A DNA stretch of 64,000 bases from Eledone cirrhosa (lineage: Eukaryota), in NCBI GenBank assembly GCA_964016885.1, contig OZ024741.1, positions 212,598,001 to 212,662,000 of the forward strand, written 5' to 3'. The notes beneath the pieces are model-generated. The model had not been told where the DNA came from. It ran no database searches and was given only the letters and a program-made list of their open reading frames with translations. Positions 36,850-51,869 of the stretch are shown here, piece by piece (positions within the stretch are counted from its first letter, which is position 1; each line of letters opens with the position of its first letter). Made by a program: the position numbers and the translations under genes.

Positions 36850-39020
36850 GTTCATGTGTTTGTGTATATTTGTGGGATTATGTCTATATGTACATGCATG
36901 AGTGTGTGTAGGTATGTGTGTATGTATGTGTGTGTATGTGTGTGTATGTGTATATTTGTGGGTTTATGTCTATATGTGCATGCATGTGTGTAAGTATATG
37001 TGTGTAAGTATATGTGTGTATGTATATGTGTGTATGTATGTGTGTGTATGGGTATATTTGTGGGTTTATGTCTATATGTGCATGCATGTGTATAAGTATA
37101 TGTGGGTATGTATGTGTGTGTGTATATGTGTGTAAGTATGTGTGTGTGTGTGTGTATATTTGTGGGTTTATGTCTATATGTGCTTGCATGCGTGTGTGTA
37201 AGTATGTGTGTATGTATGTGTATGTGTGTGTATGTGTATATGTGTGGGTTTATGTCTATATGTGCATGCATGCATGTGTGTAAGTATATGTATGTATGTG
37301 TGAGTGTATATGTGTGTATGTATGTGTGTGTGTGTGTATGTTTGTGGGTTTATGTCTATATGTGCGTGTATGCGTGTGTGTAAGTATGTGTGTATGTATG
37401 TGTGCACATGCGTGTTTGTGTGTGTATGTATGTGTGTAGGTGTATATTTGTGGGTTTATATCTATATGTGCATGCATGCGTGTGTGTAAGTATGTGTGTG
37501 CATGTATGTGTGTGTATGTGTTCGTATGTGTGTCTATGTATGTGTGTGTATGTGTATATTTGTGGGTTAATGGCTATATGTGCATTCATGCATGTGTGTA
37601 AGTATATGTGTGCATGTATGTGTATGCGTATGTATGTGTGTGTATGTATGTGTGTGTATGTGTATATTTGTGGGTTAATGTCTATATGTGCATGCATGCA
37701 TGTGTGTAAGTATATGTGTGCATGTATGTGTATGTGTATGTATGTGTGTGTATGTATGTGTGTGTATGTGTATATTTGTGGGTTTATGTCTATATGTGCA
37801 TGCATGCGTGTGTGTAAGTATGTGTGTATGTATGTATGTGTGTGTATGTATGTGTGTGTATGTGTGTGTATGTGTGTGTATGTATGTGTATATGTGTGGG
37901 TTTATATCTATATGTGCATACATGCGTGTGTGTAAGTATGTGTGTACATGTATGTGTGTGTATGTGTGTGTATGTGTGTGTATGTGTGTGTATGCATGTG
38001 TGTATATGTGTATATTTGTGGGTTAATGTCTATATGTGCATGCATGCATGTGTGTATGTATGTGTGGGTATGTGTGTGTATGTGTGTGTATGTATGTGTA
38101 TGTGTGTGTATATGTGTGTATGTGTGTGTATGTATGTGTGTGTATGTGTATATTGTGGGTGTATGTCTATATGTGTATGCATGCGTGTGTGTAAGTATGT
38201 GTGTATGTTTGTGTGTAGGTATGTGTGTATGTATGTGTGTGTATATGTGTGTATGTGTATATTTGTGGGTTTATGTCTATATGTGCATGCATGCATGTGT
38301 GTAAGTATATGTGTGTATGCATGTGTGTGTGTATATGTGTGTATGTATATGTGTGTATGTGTATATTTGTGGGTTTATGTCTATATGTGCATGCATGTAT
38401 GTGTGCAAGTATGTGTGTGTATGTACGTGTATGTGCGCGTGTGTATTTGTATGTATGTATTTGTGTGTTTATGTGTCTTCGGTGTAGCTGTGTGTATGAG
38501 TATGTATATGCCTGTGCGTGAGTCTGTGTGTATGTGTCCCTGTATGTGTATTCGTGTGTGTGTTTGTATATGCGCATGTGAGAGTCTATATGTATATATG
38601 TCTTGTATGTGTATATGTGTGTATGCACATGCGTGTATGTGTGTGCCTGTATGTGTATGCCTACGTATGTATGTGCGGGTGCCTGTGTGTAGATGGGTGT
38701 TTGTACATATATATATGTGTGTGTGTGTGCTTCTGTCTGTGTTTGTAAGTGTGTATGTATGTATTTATGTCTATATGTGTGTGCATGCATATCTGTAAGT
38801 ATGTGTATGTGTATGTGTGCGTGTGTATGTGTGTATATGTATGTATGAGTGTATGTGTGTATATATATGTTTCTGTTTCTATGTGTGCGTATGTTTAGGT
38901 GTGTGCGTGTATCTATATGTGCATGTATGCGTATGTGTAAGTATGTGTGTGTATGTGTGTCTATGCTTATGTGTGTGTATGTGTGTATGCTTGTGTATGT
39001 TTATGTATGTGTGTTTACAT
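36850..39020. repeat. TG/TA-rich minisatellite with core tatttgtgggtttatgtctatatgtgcatgcatg..taagta
   Basis: About 20 core recurrences separated by variable (TG/TATG)n spacers. Confidence 0.9.
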
Positions 39021-39154
39021 ATATTTACTGTAGCTCTTTTACAATGTTTCTGTCGGATTTCACTGTACCTCACTTCCTGCTTAAACAAATTAAAAGTCAC
39101 TCAGTATATATATGTTGTTTTGTTGGTTTATGTATATATATATATGTATATATA

Positions 39155-39241
<87 letters not shown>

Positions 39242-39524
39242 TAAATCGTGTCTATAGAATCAATCAGATATTAAAGTATATACTATTTCTTCTTGTAATC
39301 AGCAAAATCAACCATATACATAATCAAATCTAGCAAGCTTTAAGAATAAATTTTCTAACAGTGAAATCTCCGACAAATAATTGACCGCAGCTAGTTCGCG
39401 ATAACTCCGTTCCATTATTTATCAAACACTTCGGCAGCATGCAGAATCCGATCAAATACACCGTCAACCGCACGTAATTAGTTGTCAAATTAAACTTAGA
39501 AGAAATGCGCACATACCGTAATTA

Positions 39525-39604
39525 TATCTCTACCATGGTTTCTTCCTTGTTTAGGACATCCAAATAATATGGATTTGCTTTGAGTCAGGAATCATCAGGA
39601 GACA
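39525..39604 (-). ncRNA. Hammerhead ribozyme motif with extended stem II
   Basis: TGTCTC-CTGATGA-TTCCT...AGGAA-GAAA-CCATGG-TA-GAGATA. Confidence 0.85.
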
Positions 39605-39972
39605 AACTCAGAAATAGACATTTAATTTCTCAGACCGAACCCGCCAAATTTAGATTCAAAAATGGCTAAGATCGCTATGTAGCTGTCTACCAGCCAGAGA
39701 GAAAGCGTGTGATTGGCTGCTTACGGCGGATAGGCATGCTGCTAGAAAGCGCAGCCATATATCGCCAAATTTAATCTCAACCGATAGGGAGATTATTAAA
39801 TATAGAGGTTATCACATACATAAAATTAAATTAAATTAAATCAAAGATACATACATGTATCAGTTATAACACTTTTAAGCTTGTTGAATCCCAACAAATT
39901 AAATATAACTACTGCATTTATAATTATATATATATATGTATGTGGTATATGTGTGTATATGTGTCGATATAT

Positions 39973-40039
<67 letters not shown>

Positions 40040-40284
40040 TATATATATACATATATATAACACTATTTAATATAGGAAATGGTTTCTACATGATTAGAGC
40101 TGAAATGTTTAATTTGTATGAAATCATAGGAAATTCCTGATGATTTAATACGAATGAAACAGTTCTAGTCTTGTAGAAGCCATTTCTATGTTTTTCTCAC
40201 TCTACTAATCTATTGAAATGCAATTTTTGGTTAACCCGGTTTCACTGGGAGTCTATACGTCCCCCCTACACACACACACACACT

Positions 40285-41352
<1,068 letters not shown>

Positions 41353-41477
41353 CTGTCTGTCCTTACACTGGTCTGTTGGCGATGCAGGATATGGCAGCGA
41401 TAATGAGGGACAGAGACCGCTGGAGAGAACTCGTCCATGGATCTCGGGAATTTTACCCGCCTTAGATATATATAAAT

Positions 41478-41568
<91 letters not shown>

Positions 41569-41601
41569 AAGAAATTAAAAGATGATTAAAAAAGTTCCAT
41601 G

Positions 41602-41672
41602 TATTTTATTATGCGCATTTCAAAAACAAATATCATCCTGGAGCGATATTTGCGTTCTCATCAGATGAAATA
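41602..41672 (-). ncRNA. Minimal hammerhead ribozyme motif
   Basis: TATTTCAT-CTGATGA-GAA..CAAATATC..GATATTTG..TTT-GAAA-TGCGCA-TA-ATAAAATA. Confidence 0.8.
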
Positions 41673-41870
41673 GGGAGACATGATATGATGCTTAAAAAAA
41701 CACTTGTGAACAAGTTAGTGTCTAATCAACATATGATAAATAAATTTAAAAGGATATAGAAGATTGGCAAAAAGGGGAGGAAGGGGAAAAAAGGAAGGAA
41801 GAGGAAGAAAAGAAAAAAGAAGGAAAGGATAACGGAGGAAGAGTATAAGAAGGAGGGGAGAGAGAAAGAG

Positions 41871-41942
<72 letters not shown>

Positions 41943-42655
41943 TTTAAACTGAAAAACGCTGTCTCCACTGAAAAATAACTGAAAAAACGGTTGTAAATTT
42001 ATAAATAAATAAAAAAATAAAAGAATTAAACATTGATGAGGTTTATGACCTGATGATGTTTATGATTACAGATATAGAAATTAAGTATACTATTTATTTA
42101 GGGTTTATATACTGAAGGATTTATTAATATGTGCGAAAAATGTTATTAAAATGTATTATTAAGATAAAATATAATAAAATAAGATAAGATGAAAAAAAAA
42201 ATTAAATGATTTATAAGCTTAGAAGACGATATAAGGTCCTAGTTTGTTTAAATAGAGTGTAATTGAAAAAGTATTTCTGTGAAAAAATAATTATTTAACC
42301 AAAGACAAGCACAGAAAGAGAGAAGAAAAAGTAAAAAATCGAGAAAGAAAAAAGGACGTCAAAATTTGTTTACAAAAATTCACCTAATGTTAATATTAAT
42401 AGATTTGAAGTAAAAATTGGGAAATAGGGCGGCTTAAGAAAAAGTAATATTGAGAAGAAATGATATAAAGATGAACTATTTAAAAAAAATTTGAATCCCC
42501 AAGAAGATAAAGGGGTTTGCTATAGTGAATTAAAAAATTAGTGGACCAAAAACGTCATAGTAGGAATGAACTTTGTAGAATGTACTGAAATATGCGAGAA
42601 AAAAGGGGTACATGTGTAAAAAAGATATATATGTGTGAGAACAAATTTTTAATCT

Positions 42656-43066
42656 TAATTATGGAGTAAGATACTGGTGTTGTATACTGTGTGAAATGAC
42701 CTAAGCGATTTATGGATGCAAAGCGAAAATAAATCTGTGCGTCTATTTATTATAGAGTTAAAATTAGAGATTATGGTAAATTTTTCAGCTAGACATAAAT
42801 TACAAGTTCTAGATATGGAAGCGTTGGAATATGGCGAAGCATTGCATAATAAACGCCAAGAAATTTTGTAATTAATGTTTTTTGTCTTTTAAGGACCAGA
42901 TGAGTTCTGAGAGTGCAGTGTTTGTTCTTTTAAGTGGATATTTAAAAGACGAATAATGGTTATATAATCTTGCCTTAAAGGAAGTAGAAGTAGAGCCAAT
43001 GTAGGTATAAGAATTGGTACTAGTTATTACCTTACATTCGTATACTAAATTTTTATCGAGACAGTA
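42656..43066 (-). pseudogene. PLE GIY-YIG endonuclease domain (possibly Naiad-type), one frameshift
   Basis: CLDKNLVYECK...YIGST.TSFKARLYNH..SF...TALSELIWSLK, then +1 in an A-run near 42880, then ISW...PY...CNLCLAEK...INRR..L...CIHK. Confidence 0.88.
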
Positions 43067-43730
43067 ATTATTATATATACTCCAGTCCAATAAACTGTTG
43101 AGTGCTACTTATCCGATATTTGCATTGCTTTATTGTTCTACAATACAACTCACCTCATATATATATATATAGTTAAAGGTTAAACAAGGTTCAATGAATA
43201 AATCAATAGTATATATAACTAATTAACTAAGGACTGGAAATTAGCCTTCATATAATTGCACCCAGTTATATTTAGGATTTAGATTGATGAATACTTCTAG
43301 ATAATTCAATAATTCAAAGATTCGAGTTTACTCTTTCGCATAGCTATGCCCAAATGTATAGTTATGTATATATATAATTCATCCCTCCCTATAATTATTC
43401 CTTTTTGTCTCTCTTTCCTTGATCAATTCTCTTTTGCTCTCTATATCTCTACTAGCTGTATTATCCCCTTATCTGTTTTCTCTCTGTCTTTCTTTTTTTC
43501 TTTCCTCTTTCTTCAATAATTTAAATTATTTGAATCTCTAACAGTTATGTAAATTGCTGATATGTATTTTTAACCTTTCTCACTCGCACCCTCTGTATTA
43601 TATGTATTATATGTAAGTTTTTTCATGTCTCAATCTTAAGGTATATAAATATTGAGTTTTGTCATATCTTACTCACTAGCATGACTGGATCTTAACCATC
43701 TACTAAGTCAGGGTATGTCATGCATCATCT

Positions 43731-43797
43731 TATTTTATCTGATGAGGACGTACTGTTGAAGTTAGCTCACTACCTCTGAAATATATATAATAAAATA
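43731..43797 (+). ncRNA. Minimal hammerhead motif at the 3' end of a TA-bounded insertion (~43170-43840)
   Basis: TATTTTAT-CTGATGA-GGA...TCT-GAAA-TATATA-TA-ATAAAATA, with a perfect 8-bp stem I. Confidence 0.75.
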
Positions 43798-43859
43798 TAC
43801 TTGATCACAAGAAGTTCTATTTTTGTTAATATTTTGAATTTATATATATATATATAAAT

Positions 43860-43898
<39 letters not shown>

Positions 43899-43899
43899 A

Positions 43900-43955
<56 letters not shown>

Positions 43956-44479
43956 TGTATATATTTATATATGTATGCATACATAAGTATATGTATAGAA
44001 AAAATGAACTTTACCAGTTTCACATTTTCATGATTTTCAAAATTTAGTTGAAATAGGGATGTATGTTGCTATTATATATATTTTGTATCAGCAGAAAATG
44101 TATGTATTACATATGATGATGTAACAATTGCAAGTCAATCTCGTCAGCCACTTTTCTAGCATTGCCATTTTGCGTATTCAGTTGATACTGTTGTAGGGAT
44201 GGCAGTTTGCCCAATAGTTTTGATAATCACTCCTTTCCTTGTAAGATGCATGTGAGAAAATAACAAACGCATCTAAGTGTGTGTGTGAGTATGAGTGGAA
44301 ATGCTTGTGTAAATGTCTATATTTTTCCTCTATAAAGAGTGTGGAATTATTTTTATTTTGTGTGTGTGTAACAGCTCACACCTATGCAGGTTAAGCTAGC
44401 TCCTCCGAAGTATATCTCGTTGGAGGTGTCTTCGGGGATTTAATGATAGGGACCCCAGTCCTAACATCTCATTTCTACA

Positions 44480-44612
44480 GATGAGTAAACTGGAGCAACG
44501 TGAAATAAAGTGTCTTGCTCAACGAAACAACACATCACCCGGTCCGAGAATTGAACTCACAACCTTTCGATTGCAAGCCCATTGCTCTAACCACTAACCC
44601 ATGCGCCTTCAC
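44480..44612 (-). mobile_element. tRNA-derived SINE, family B
   Basis: Minus strand reads ggttagtggttagagc (box A), gagttcaattc (box B), then ttgagcaagacactttatttcacgttgctccag. Confidence 0.8.
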
Positions 44613-45204
44613 CAAGGCAGCTTGAAAAGTGGTTTGTAACACCCCCAACTGTGTTCAATCACATCCCTTGGTGACTACTTGGGTTTTCATCTTCCCTTGA
44701 TACAATAGGTTTATAGATAATAGACAGAAATTTAGTGACACTGAGATCAATTTTATCTGTAATCCTGTGACCTTTACCTCAACAACGTCTGAAAATATTT
44801 ACAATATATTTACGTAGAATATCCATGCAATTATTCTCGTGTGAATAACAAAAGTGGTGATCATGTTACAGGTACTTCAGCATTGTGGTACGAGTGGTAG
44901 ATGCATGCATTTCCCCGTCATAACAATTCATCACGATTCATTCAATAACGCACTTGTGTTGTGCTATGAAAGCGTCTATCTTAACGAGTTTGTAAACAAT
45001 CCATTCTCATTAAACGCTTGTTTTTAAATTGTGCACGCTTGACTGGCTAATATATATTAACGATAATACTAACACAGTGTGATGCAGAATAAATGCGTAT
45101 ATGTACCCATATGTTTGCGTAAACATGTATAACTCTGTGTGTATGTGTGTGTTTGGATGCAACATGGCTAAATAATTAAGAAGTTTGCTTCCAGTCATTT
45201 ATGT

Positions 45205-45318
45205 CCCTGGTTCAATACGACTGCGTAGCATGTTGACCAGTGTCATTTCCCATAGCATCGGTTTAACCCAAGCCTTGTTTGCAAACTGGGTAGCTGAAAC
45301 CTGTTTGGAAACCCGGCC
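45205..45318 (+). mobile_element. Old degenerate SINE fragment
   Basis: ggttcaatacgactgcgtagc...aagccttgt...gaaacccg resembles another octopod SINE (recall only). Confidence 0.4.
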
Positions 45319-45379
45319 AAAAGACTGTATCTGTTATCTATATATAACAGACTGTATCTGTTATATATAATGTATTATG

Positions 45380-46095
45380 TTGAACTACGCAGGGATATAA
45401 AGTTAAGAATGCGCGTGTTTATTGAATGCTCTGCTACATACGCCATAATATAGGATGCACTGTACTGATTATTCCAAGGACTAGCCTGGTCATGTCTTAC
45501 ACTTTGTAACGCCAAATTTCCCTGAGAAACATTTAAGGGTACACGTGTCTATTGAATGCCCAAGCACATAGATTATAATACTGTACCTATTATTCAATGG
45601 GGGCAGCTTTGCCGGTCAGGAATTTAGGCTGAATCTCCCTGAGATTTACGTTAAGCATACACGTGTCTATCGAATGTCCAGGCACATTATTCAACGGGCC
45701 AGCTTTGGTGGTCAGGGTTTATGCTGAATCTCCCTGAGAATTACTTTAAGGATACACGTGTCTCTGGTAAGCTCAATCACATTGATTATAATACCGTACC
45801 TATTATTCTAAGGGAGGTGGTGGATTGGCAGTATCGGTAGAGGGTCGGACGCCATGCTTTCCAGCAGAGAGTTATGTTTTGAGTTCAAATCCCGCCGAGG
45901 TTAACTTTGCCTTTGATCTTTACGGGGACGATAAAATAAAGTACCAGTAATGTACTGGGTAATTGCTGGCCTTGTGCCAAAAGTAGAAACAATTGTTTTA
46001 AGAACCAGCTTTATACTGAATCTCCCTGAGAATTACGTTAAGGATACACGTGTCTTTGGTCTGAATCATATTGACTATAATACTACTGTACCTAT
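45380..46095. repeat. Degenerate ~100-115 bp tandem unit (tctccctgagaattacgttaaggatacacgtgtct), interrupted by a SINE
   Basis: Core at ~45520, 45635, 45730 and 46021. Confidence 0.75.
45815..45994 (+). mobile_element. Family A SINE
   Basis: Match to consensus. Confidence 0.9.
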
Positions 46096-46726
46096 CATTC
46101 CTATCATGCAAAGTCTATACAATTCCACATTTCCCCTCCGATTGACTTCAAACTTGCATTTATATATTCCTTGCGGTTTAAAGATATTAACTGCCGCTTT
46201 TATTTTTCAATTTTCTGTTGTTAAAGGCATGTTAGGCGCCGGTTAGCGATGCCTTTTTCTTTCTTAGTCTGTCTTTTTAGATAGATACATCTGTCTGTAT
46301 GTCTAGCTGTCTGCATTATGGCATTATGAAAACATTGTTCTCATTGCTGACGTATTAGCTTCGCTATTTTCTGTTCATTGCCAGAGAACGTCTTCACGAA
46401 CCAAAGTATCGTCTTCCTGTTTTCCTTCCGTTGCAACGTTTTTCGAAATATTTACTTCTGCGTTCACAGATTGATTTTTTTTAGTTTGGTTAAATTTAAT
46501 CTGTTATTTTAATATATATATATATTAGAAAGTGAGGTTTTTTTACAAAATGAAAAATAACCGAGGTGTCCTACACGAGTGAATGTATAAAGAAAAAAAG
46601 ATGAAATCGAAAATGCAACTGGAGTCTTATTTTTAAAAATATATATATATTTATTTGGTTCCTTTGCCGGTTTCGCAGTTCTTCTGCTTTTCAAAAGTAG
46701 TGTTGAGATGGAGGGTCTGTGGTTTT

Positions 46727-46799
<73 letters not shown>

Positions 46800-47599
46800 T
46801 ATATTCGTATACAGATATTTTTGCATACACAAAAACAGAATATAAAGAAACGTATTTATTTCACGAACAGACGGCTTATCGTCATTGTTACGATATGCCA
46901 CCCTAAATGTCCCACTCCTTTTGGCACAAGGCCAGCAATTACATAGTCAGCGGTTCGGAAATCACATGCATCACTGACGAGTTTACTCCTGACTCTAACA
47001 GTTAGTCTTAGTGTACTTCGTCCGGCTTTTAGGTCATGCCTCGAAGGAAGAGATACTCCATTGGCCAAAATACTGCGAAAGCGGCAACTATGCGTTGGCT
47101 GCTCAAGAGTGGGAAGCAAGACATATCTCTTTGCATATGCCCGAAACAGAAGAACAAGGAACACTGTGTACAAAAATGTACTACAATCATTGTTGAGGTA
47201 GACGAAACAGAAGGGGATATACACGATTGACTGAAGAAGGACGAAACTGTTAGTAGTACGACCAACGGCTGCTATCACACCAACAGCAGCAAAAACAACA
47301 ACAACAATAGAGAGGGAACGCAATTACATGCTTGAAAGATCTTAATGGGAAATTATTTGCCTAATCACAAAATGTAGACACCATACCCAGGCCGATATAT
47401 TCCGTACTTCTCTGTACTGTTTCAGAAAGGAGGGATAATCATGCCAATCTATGTTTAGAAGCCCGAACAACGCCAGGCCATTCTGGTAGTGTGTAATAAA
47501 CTTATATAAGTCTCGCTATAGATGCTACAGTTAATGGTGTCAGAACAGCCATACTTCTGTTTTCTTAATATATTCACACAATAGCTCTACTTATGTGTC

Positions 47600-47945
47600 T
47601 GTAAAGAGTCTGTTTGTGCCTGTTTGTGTCGGTGTGTGACTGTATATGTCTGTGTGTGACTCTTTGTGTCTGTAAAGTGTATGTTTGTGACTGTGTGTGT
47701 CTGTTTGTGTCGGTGAGTATCTGTATATGAATGTGCCTGTCTGCCTACCAGTGAGTGATTGTGCATGCATGTGCTTGTGGGTGACCTTTTGTGACTCTGT
47801 GTCTGTGTGTGACTCTGTCGGTGTGCCTGTGTGTATATATGTGTGTATATGTGTGTATATGTGTGCCAATGTTTGTGTATATGTTTGTGTGATTGTATCG
47901 CTGTGTGTGCCTGTGTATGTGTTTGTCTTTGGGTGTGCGTGTGTG

Positions 47946-47985
<40 letters not shown>

Positions 47986-49030
47986 CCAATGTTTGTGTAT
48001 ATGTCTGTGTGATTGTATCGCTGTGTGTGTGCCTGTGTATGTGTTTGTCTTTGGGTGTGCGTGTGTGCCTCTGTATGTGCCTGTGTGTATATATGTGTGT
48101 ATATGTGAGTATATGTGTGCTAATGTTTGTGTATATGTTTGTGTGATTGTATCGCTGTGTGTGTGCCTCTGTATGTGCCTGTGTGTATATATGTGTGTAT
48201 ATGTGTGTATATGTGTGCCAATGTTTGTGTATATGTTTGTGTGATTGTATCGCTGTGTGTGTGGCTCTGCATGTGCCTGTGTGTATATATGTGTGTATAT
48301 GTGTGTATATGTGTGTATATGTGTGCCAATGTTTGTGTATATGTTTGTGTGATTGTATCGCTGTGTGTGTGGCTGTGTATGTGTTTGTCTTTGGGTGTGC
48401 GTGTGTGCCTCTGTATGTGGCTGTGTGTATATATGTGTGTATATGTGTGTATATGTGTGCCAATGTTTGTGTATATGTTTGTGTGATTGTATCGCTGTGT
48501 GTGCCTGTGTATGTGTTTGTCTTTGGGTGTGCGTGTGTGCCTGTGTGTGTGTATGTGTGTGTGTGTGTGTATATATGTGTGCCAATGTTTGTGTATATGT
48601 CTGTGTGATTGTATCGCTGTGTGTGTGCCTGTGTATGTGTTTGTCTTTGGGTGTGCGTGTGTGCCTCTGTATGTGCATGTGTGTATATATGTGTGTATAT
48701 GTGAGTATATGTGTGCTAATGTTTGTGTATATGTTTGTGTGATTGTATCGCTGTGTGTGTGCCTCTGTATGTGCCTGTGTGTATATATGTGTGTATATGT
48801 GTGCCAATGTTTGTGTATATGTTTGTGTGATTGTATCGCTGTGTGTGTGACTGTGTAAGTGTTTGTCTTTGGGTGTGCGTGTGTGCCTATGTATGTGCTT
48901 GTGTGTATATATGTGTGTATATGTGTGTATATGTGTGCCAATGTTTGTGTATATGTTTGTGTTATTGTATCGCTGTGTGTGTCCCTGTGTATGTGTTTGT
49001 CTTTGGGTGTGCATGTGCGGCTGTCTGTGT
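47600..49030. repeat. TG-rich minisatellite with core gtgccaatgtttgtgtatatgtttgtgtgattgtatcgctgtgtgt
   Basis: About 10 recurrences of the core. Confidence 0.92.
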
Positions 49031-49727
49031 GTCTCCCCGTGGGTATTTGTGTGCCTGTCTCGGCTGTACTGCTCTGCTATATAAACACACAGATATTTCT
49101 ATCAGAGCTTCAGTTTAACAGAGTTGCTTAATTGAAATTATCCACCTGCAAACAAACAACTAGAGAAAGTAGAATAAAATATATACTTCGAAAATAGCAT
49201 AACAATATTATTAGTGATCTTGATAATGATGTTGTTGTTGTTGGTGGGGATGATAATTATTATGGCGGTGGGGGAATTAAATTGATGATAGTACTGATGG
49301 GGATAATGATGGTGGTGGTGATGATGATAATCATGGTGATGGTGGTGATAACCACAAGGATGACGGTGATTATAATAATAATAATGAAAATAATAAAAAT
49401 AATAATGGTAAATATAAATAATAACAATAACGACAAGGTTGATTATATAATAATAGTAATAATAATACGAATAACAACAATAATGATAGACTGTGTGAGA
49501 AAATAAATAAATATGTTACATTGTCTAAAATCAATAGATCGTGAGTTAAATAAATTATCGATAACATAAGAAAAGAAAATACACTAAAAGTTTCCAATGT
49601 GATTAATGAATATATCGATCTTATTGACAACAACAAAAAATATATATAACCAAATGAATTTCAATAATAATAATAATAATAATAATAGTAATAATAATAA
49701 ATCCACATTTTCTCCGCTTTCGCATAC

Positions 49728-49837
49728 TCATCATCATCACCATCACCATCATCATCATCATCACCGTCACCATCATCATCATCATCATCACCATCATCAT
49801 TATCGATATCATTATCATCATCATCCTCATCATCATC

Positions 49838-49869
<32 letters not shown>

Positions 49870-50240
49870 CACCATCATCATCATCATCGATATCATTACC
49901 ATCATCATCAACAACATCATCATCATCATCAACATCATCATCATCATCATCATCATCATTCATCATTCATCATCATTATTATCGAATACGATCAACAAAA
50001 CATCATTAGCACTACTTCAATCTCATTCTTCTTCTTATTTATACCACCTACTATTGTAATCATCATCATCATCATCATCGTCATTTCCATCATCACCATC
50101 ACCCATTACTATCATCACCATCATCATCATCATCATCACTAGCATCATCATCATTAAAAAAACTACCCACATGATGATGATCATCATGGTGATTATCATC
50201 ATCACCATCATTATCATCATCATCATAATTATTAACATCA
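49728..50240. repeat. (CAT)n microsatellite region, followed by (CT)n at 50350-50480
   Basis: Directly visible. Confidence 0.95.
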
Positions 50241-50345
50241 TGATAAACCTCGTGAGAAAATGTAATTGCCATCTTCAGATTCTGCATAGATTCCAGGTCA
50301 TTACGCTACTTCAGGTTATCAATTTATGTGACATGATAGCCGCCA

Positions 50346-50453
<108 letters not shown>

Positions 50454-50611
50454 CTCGCCCTGCCTCTCTCTCTCTCTCTCTTTCTTTGGAATGTCAGTAT
50501 CCTGTTTCAGATTGTAGATGTAGGCCAGTGTACATCTTTGGAATGTCAGTATCCTGCTACGTATGGTCAATGTTCAATGTAGTGACAGGATATTCACCAC
50601 ACTTCTCTCTC

Positions 50612-50997
50612 CAATCGGTAGAGCGTCTGACGCCATGCTTTGTAACAAAGAGTTACGGTCGGCCCTTGCCATTCTGAGTTCAAATCCCGCCGAGATTAAC
50701 TTTGCCTTTCATCCTACGGGGGTCGATAAAATAAAGTACCAGTAATGTACTGGAATAATTGCTGGCCTTGTGCCAACAGTAGAAACAATTATTACTATCT
50801 TAAGTGGGCGGTGGATTGGCAGTATCGGTAGAGAGTAGGACACCATGCTTTGCAGCATAGAGTTATGAACCTTTGCGGTCTGAGTTCAAATCTCGCAGAG
50901 ATTAACTTTGCCTTTCATTATTACGGGGTCGATAAAGTAAAGTACCAGTAATGTACTGGGATAATTGCTGGCCTTGTGCCAATAGTAGAAACAATTG
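50612..50997 (+). mobile_element. Two tandem family A SINEs (50612-50790, 50806-50997)
   Basis: Match to consensus. Confidence 0.9.
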
Positions 50998-51237
50998 TTA
51001 CTACCTTCAGTTGCTGGATAGGTTCCAGGCTAGTAACTAGCTTCAGATTGTCACCGTCTATGTCATGACTCCACATGTCTTCTCACTACCTGCCGCTACT
51101 TCTGGATGTTATAAACAATGGCCTGATATGCCGGCGAAATCGGTGTTCTGTTATTTTCCCATTCATTTTTGAGAGATTTCCATACCAACACTCATTTGTC
51201 ATGCCATACTACCACTTCACGGAAATGGCCACACTTA

Positions 51238-51789
51238 ACATCCTTGTGTAGTAACCATCAAGAAACACATACAGTATGTACCATGTATATCACAGAACAT
51301 CACGTGTAGCATCCTTGTGTAGTAATCATTAAGATCATCTCACACTATGTACCATGGGGTCCACAGGGTTCCACATTAATCATTCTTGTGTAGTAACCAT
51401 TACGACCCACTCACACTATATAACATGGAATCCAAGGGATCCACATGTATCATCGTTGTGTAGTAACTATTAAGACCCTCACACACTACAGACCATGGAC
51501 TCAACAGGGCTCCACATGTATCATCGTTGTGTAATAACCATTAAGACCCTCACACACTACATATCATGGACTCAACAGGGCTTAACATGTATCATCCTTG
51601 TGTAGTAACCATTAAGATCCTCTCCCACTATATACCATGGACTCCACATGTATCATTCTTGTGTAGTACCCATTACGATCCTCTCCCACTATATACCATG
51701 GACACCAAGGGCTCCACATTATGATTGTTGTGTAGTAACCAATAATACCCTCACACACTACATACTATGGACTCCATGCGTACCATCGT

Positions 51790-51792
<3 letters not shown>
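51238..51792. repeat. ~70-bp minisatellite, about 8 copies (catccttgtgtagtaaccattaagaccctcacacacta..ccatggactc..ccacatgtat)
   Basis: ttgtgtagtaacc recurs every ~61-72 bp. Confidence 0.9.
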
Positions 51793-51825
<33 letters not shown>

Positions 51826-51869
51826 TATACACGCACACAGAAAACACACGCACACATATATACATATAT

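Larger units (their letters stand above)
41565..43160 (-). mobile_element. 5'-truncated PLE: cap 43068-43158, GIY-YIG remnant, ~1-kb 3' region, terminal hammerhead
   Basis: Coding remnant plus hammerhead plus cap shared with 55601-55968. (TA)n flanks. Confidence 0.88.

Noticed and set aside
36781-39333. [12 protein letters not shown] ORFs here and throughout
   Set aside because: Translations of dinucleotide-based repeats.
40130-40175. CTGATGA...GAAAC as a hammerhead
   Set aside because: No convincing stem I, stem II or palindromic stem III.
44480-44612. tRNA gene
   Set aside because: The tRNA-like head continues into a SINE body and the cloverleaf is imperfect.
51238-51792. Regularly spaced repeats as a CRISPR array
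   Set aside because: The intervening sequences are homologous to each other, so it is a minisatellite. Eukaryotic context with no cas genes.
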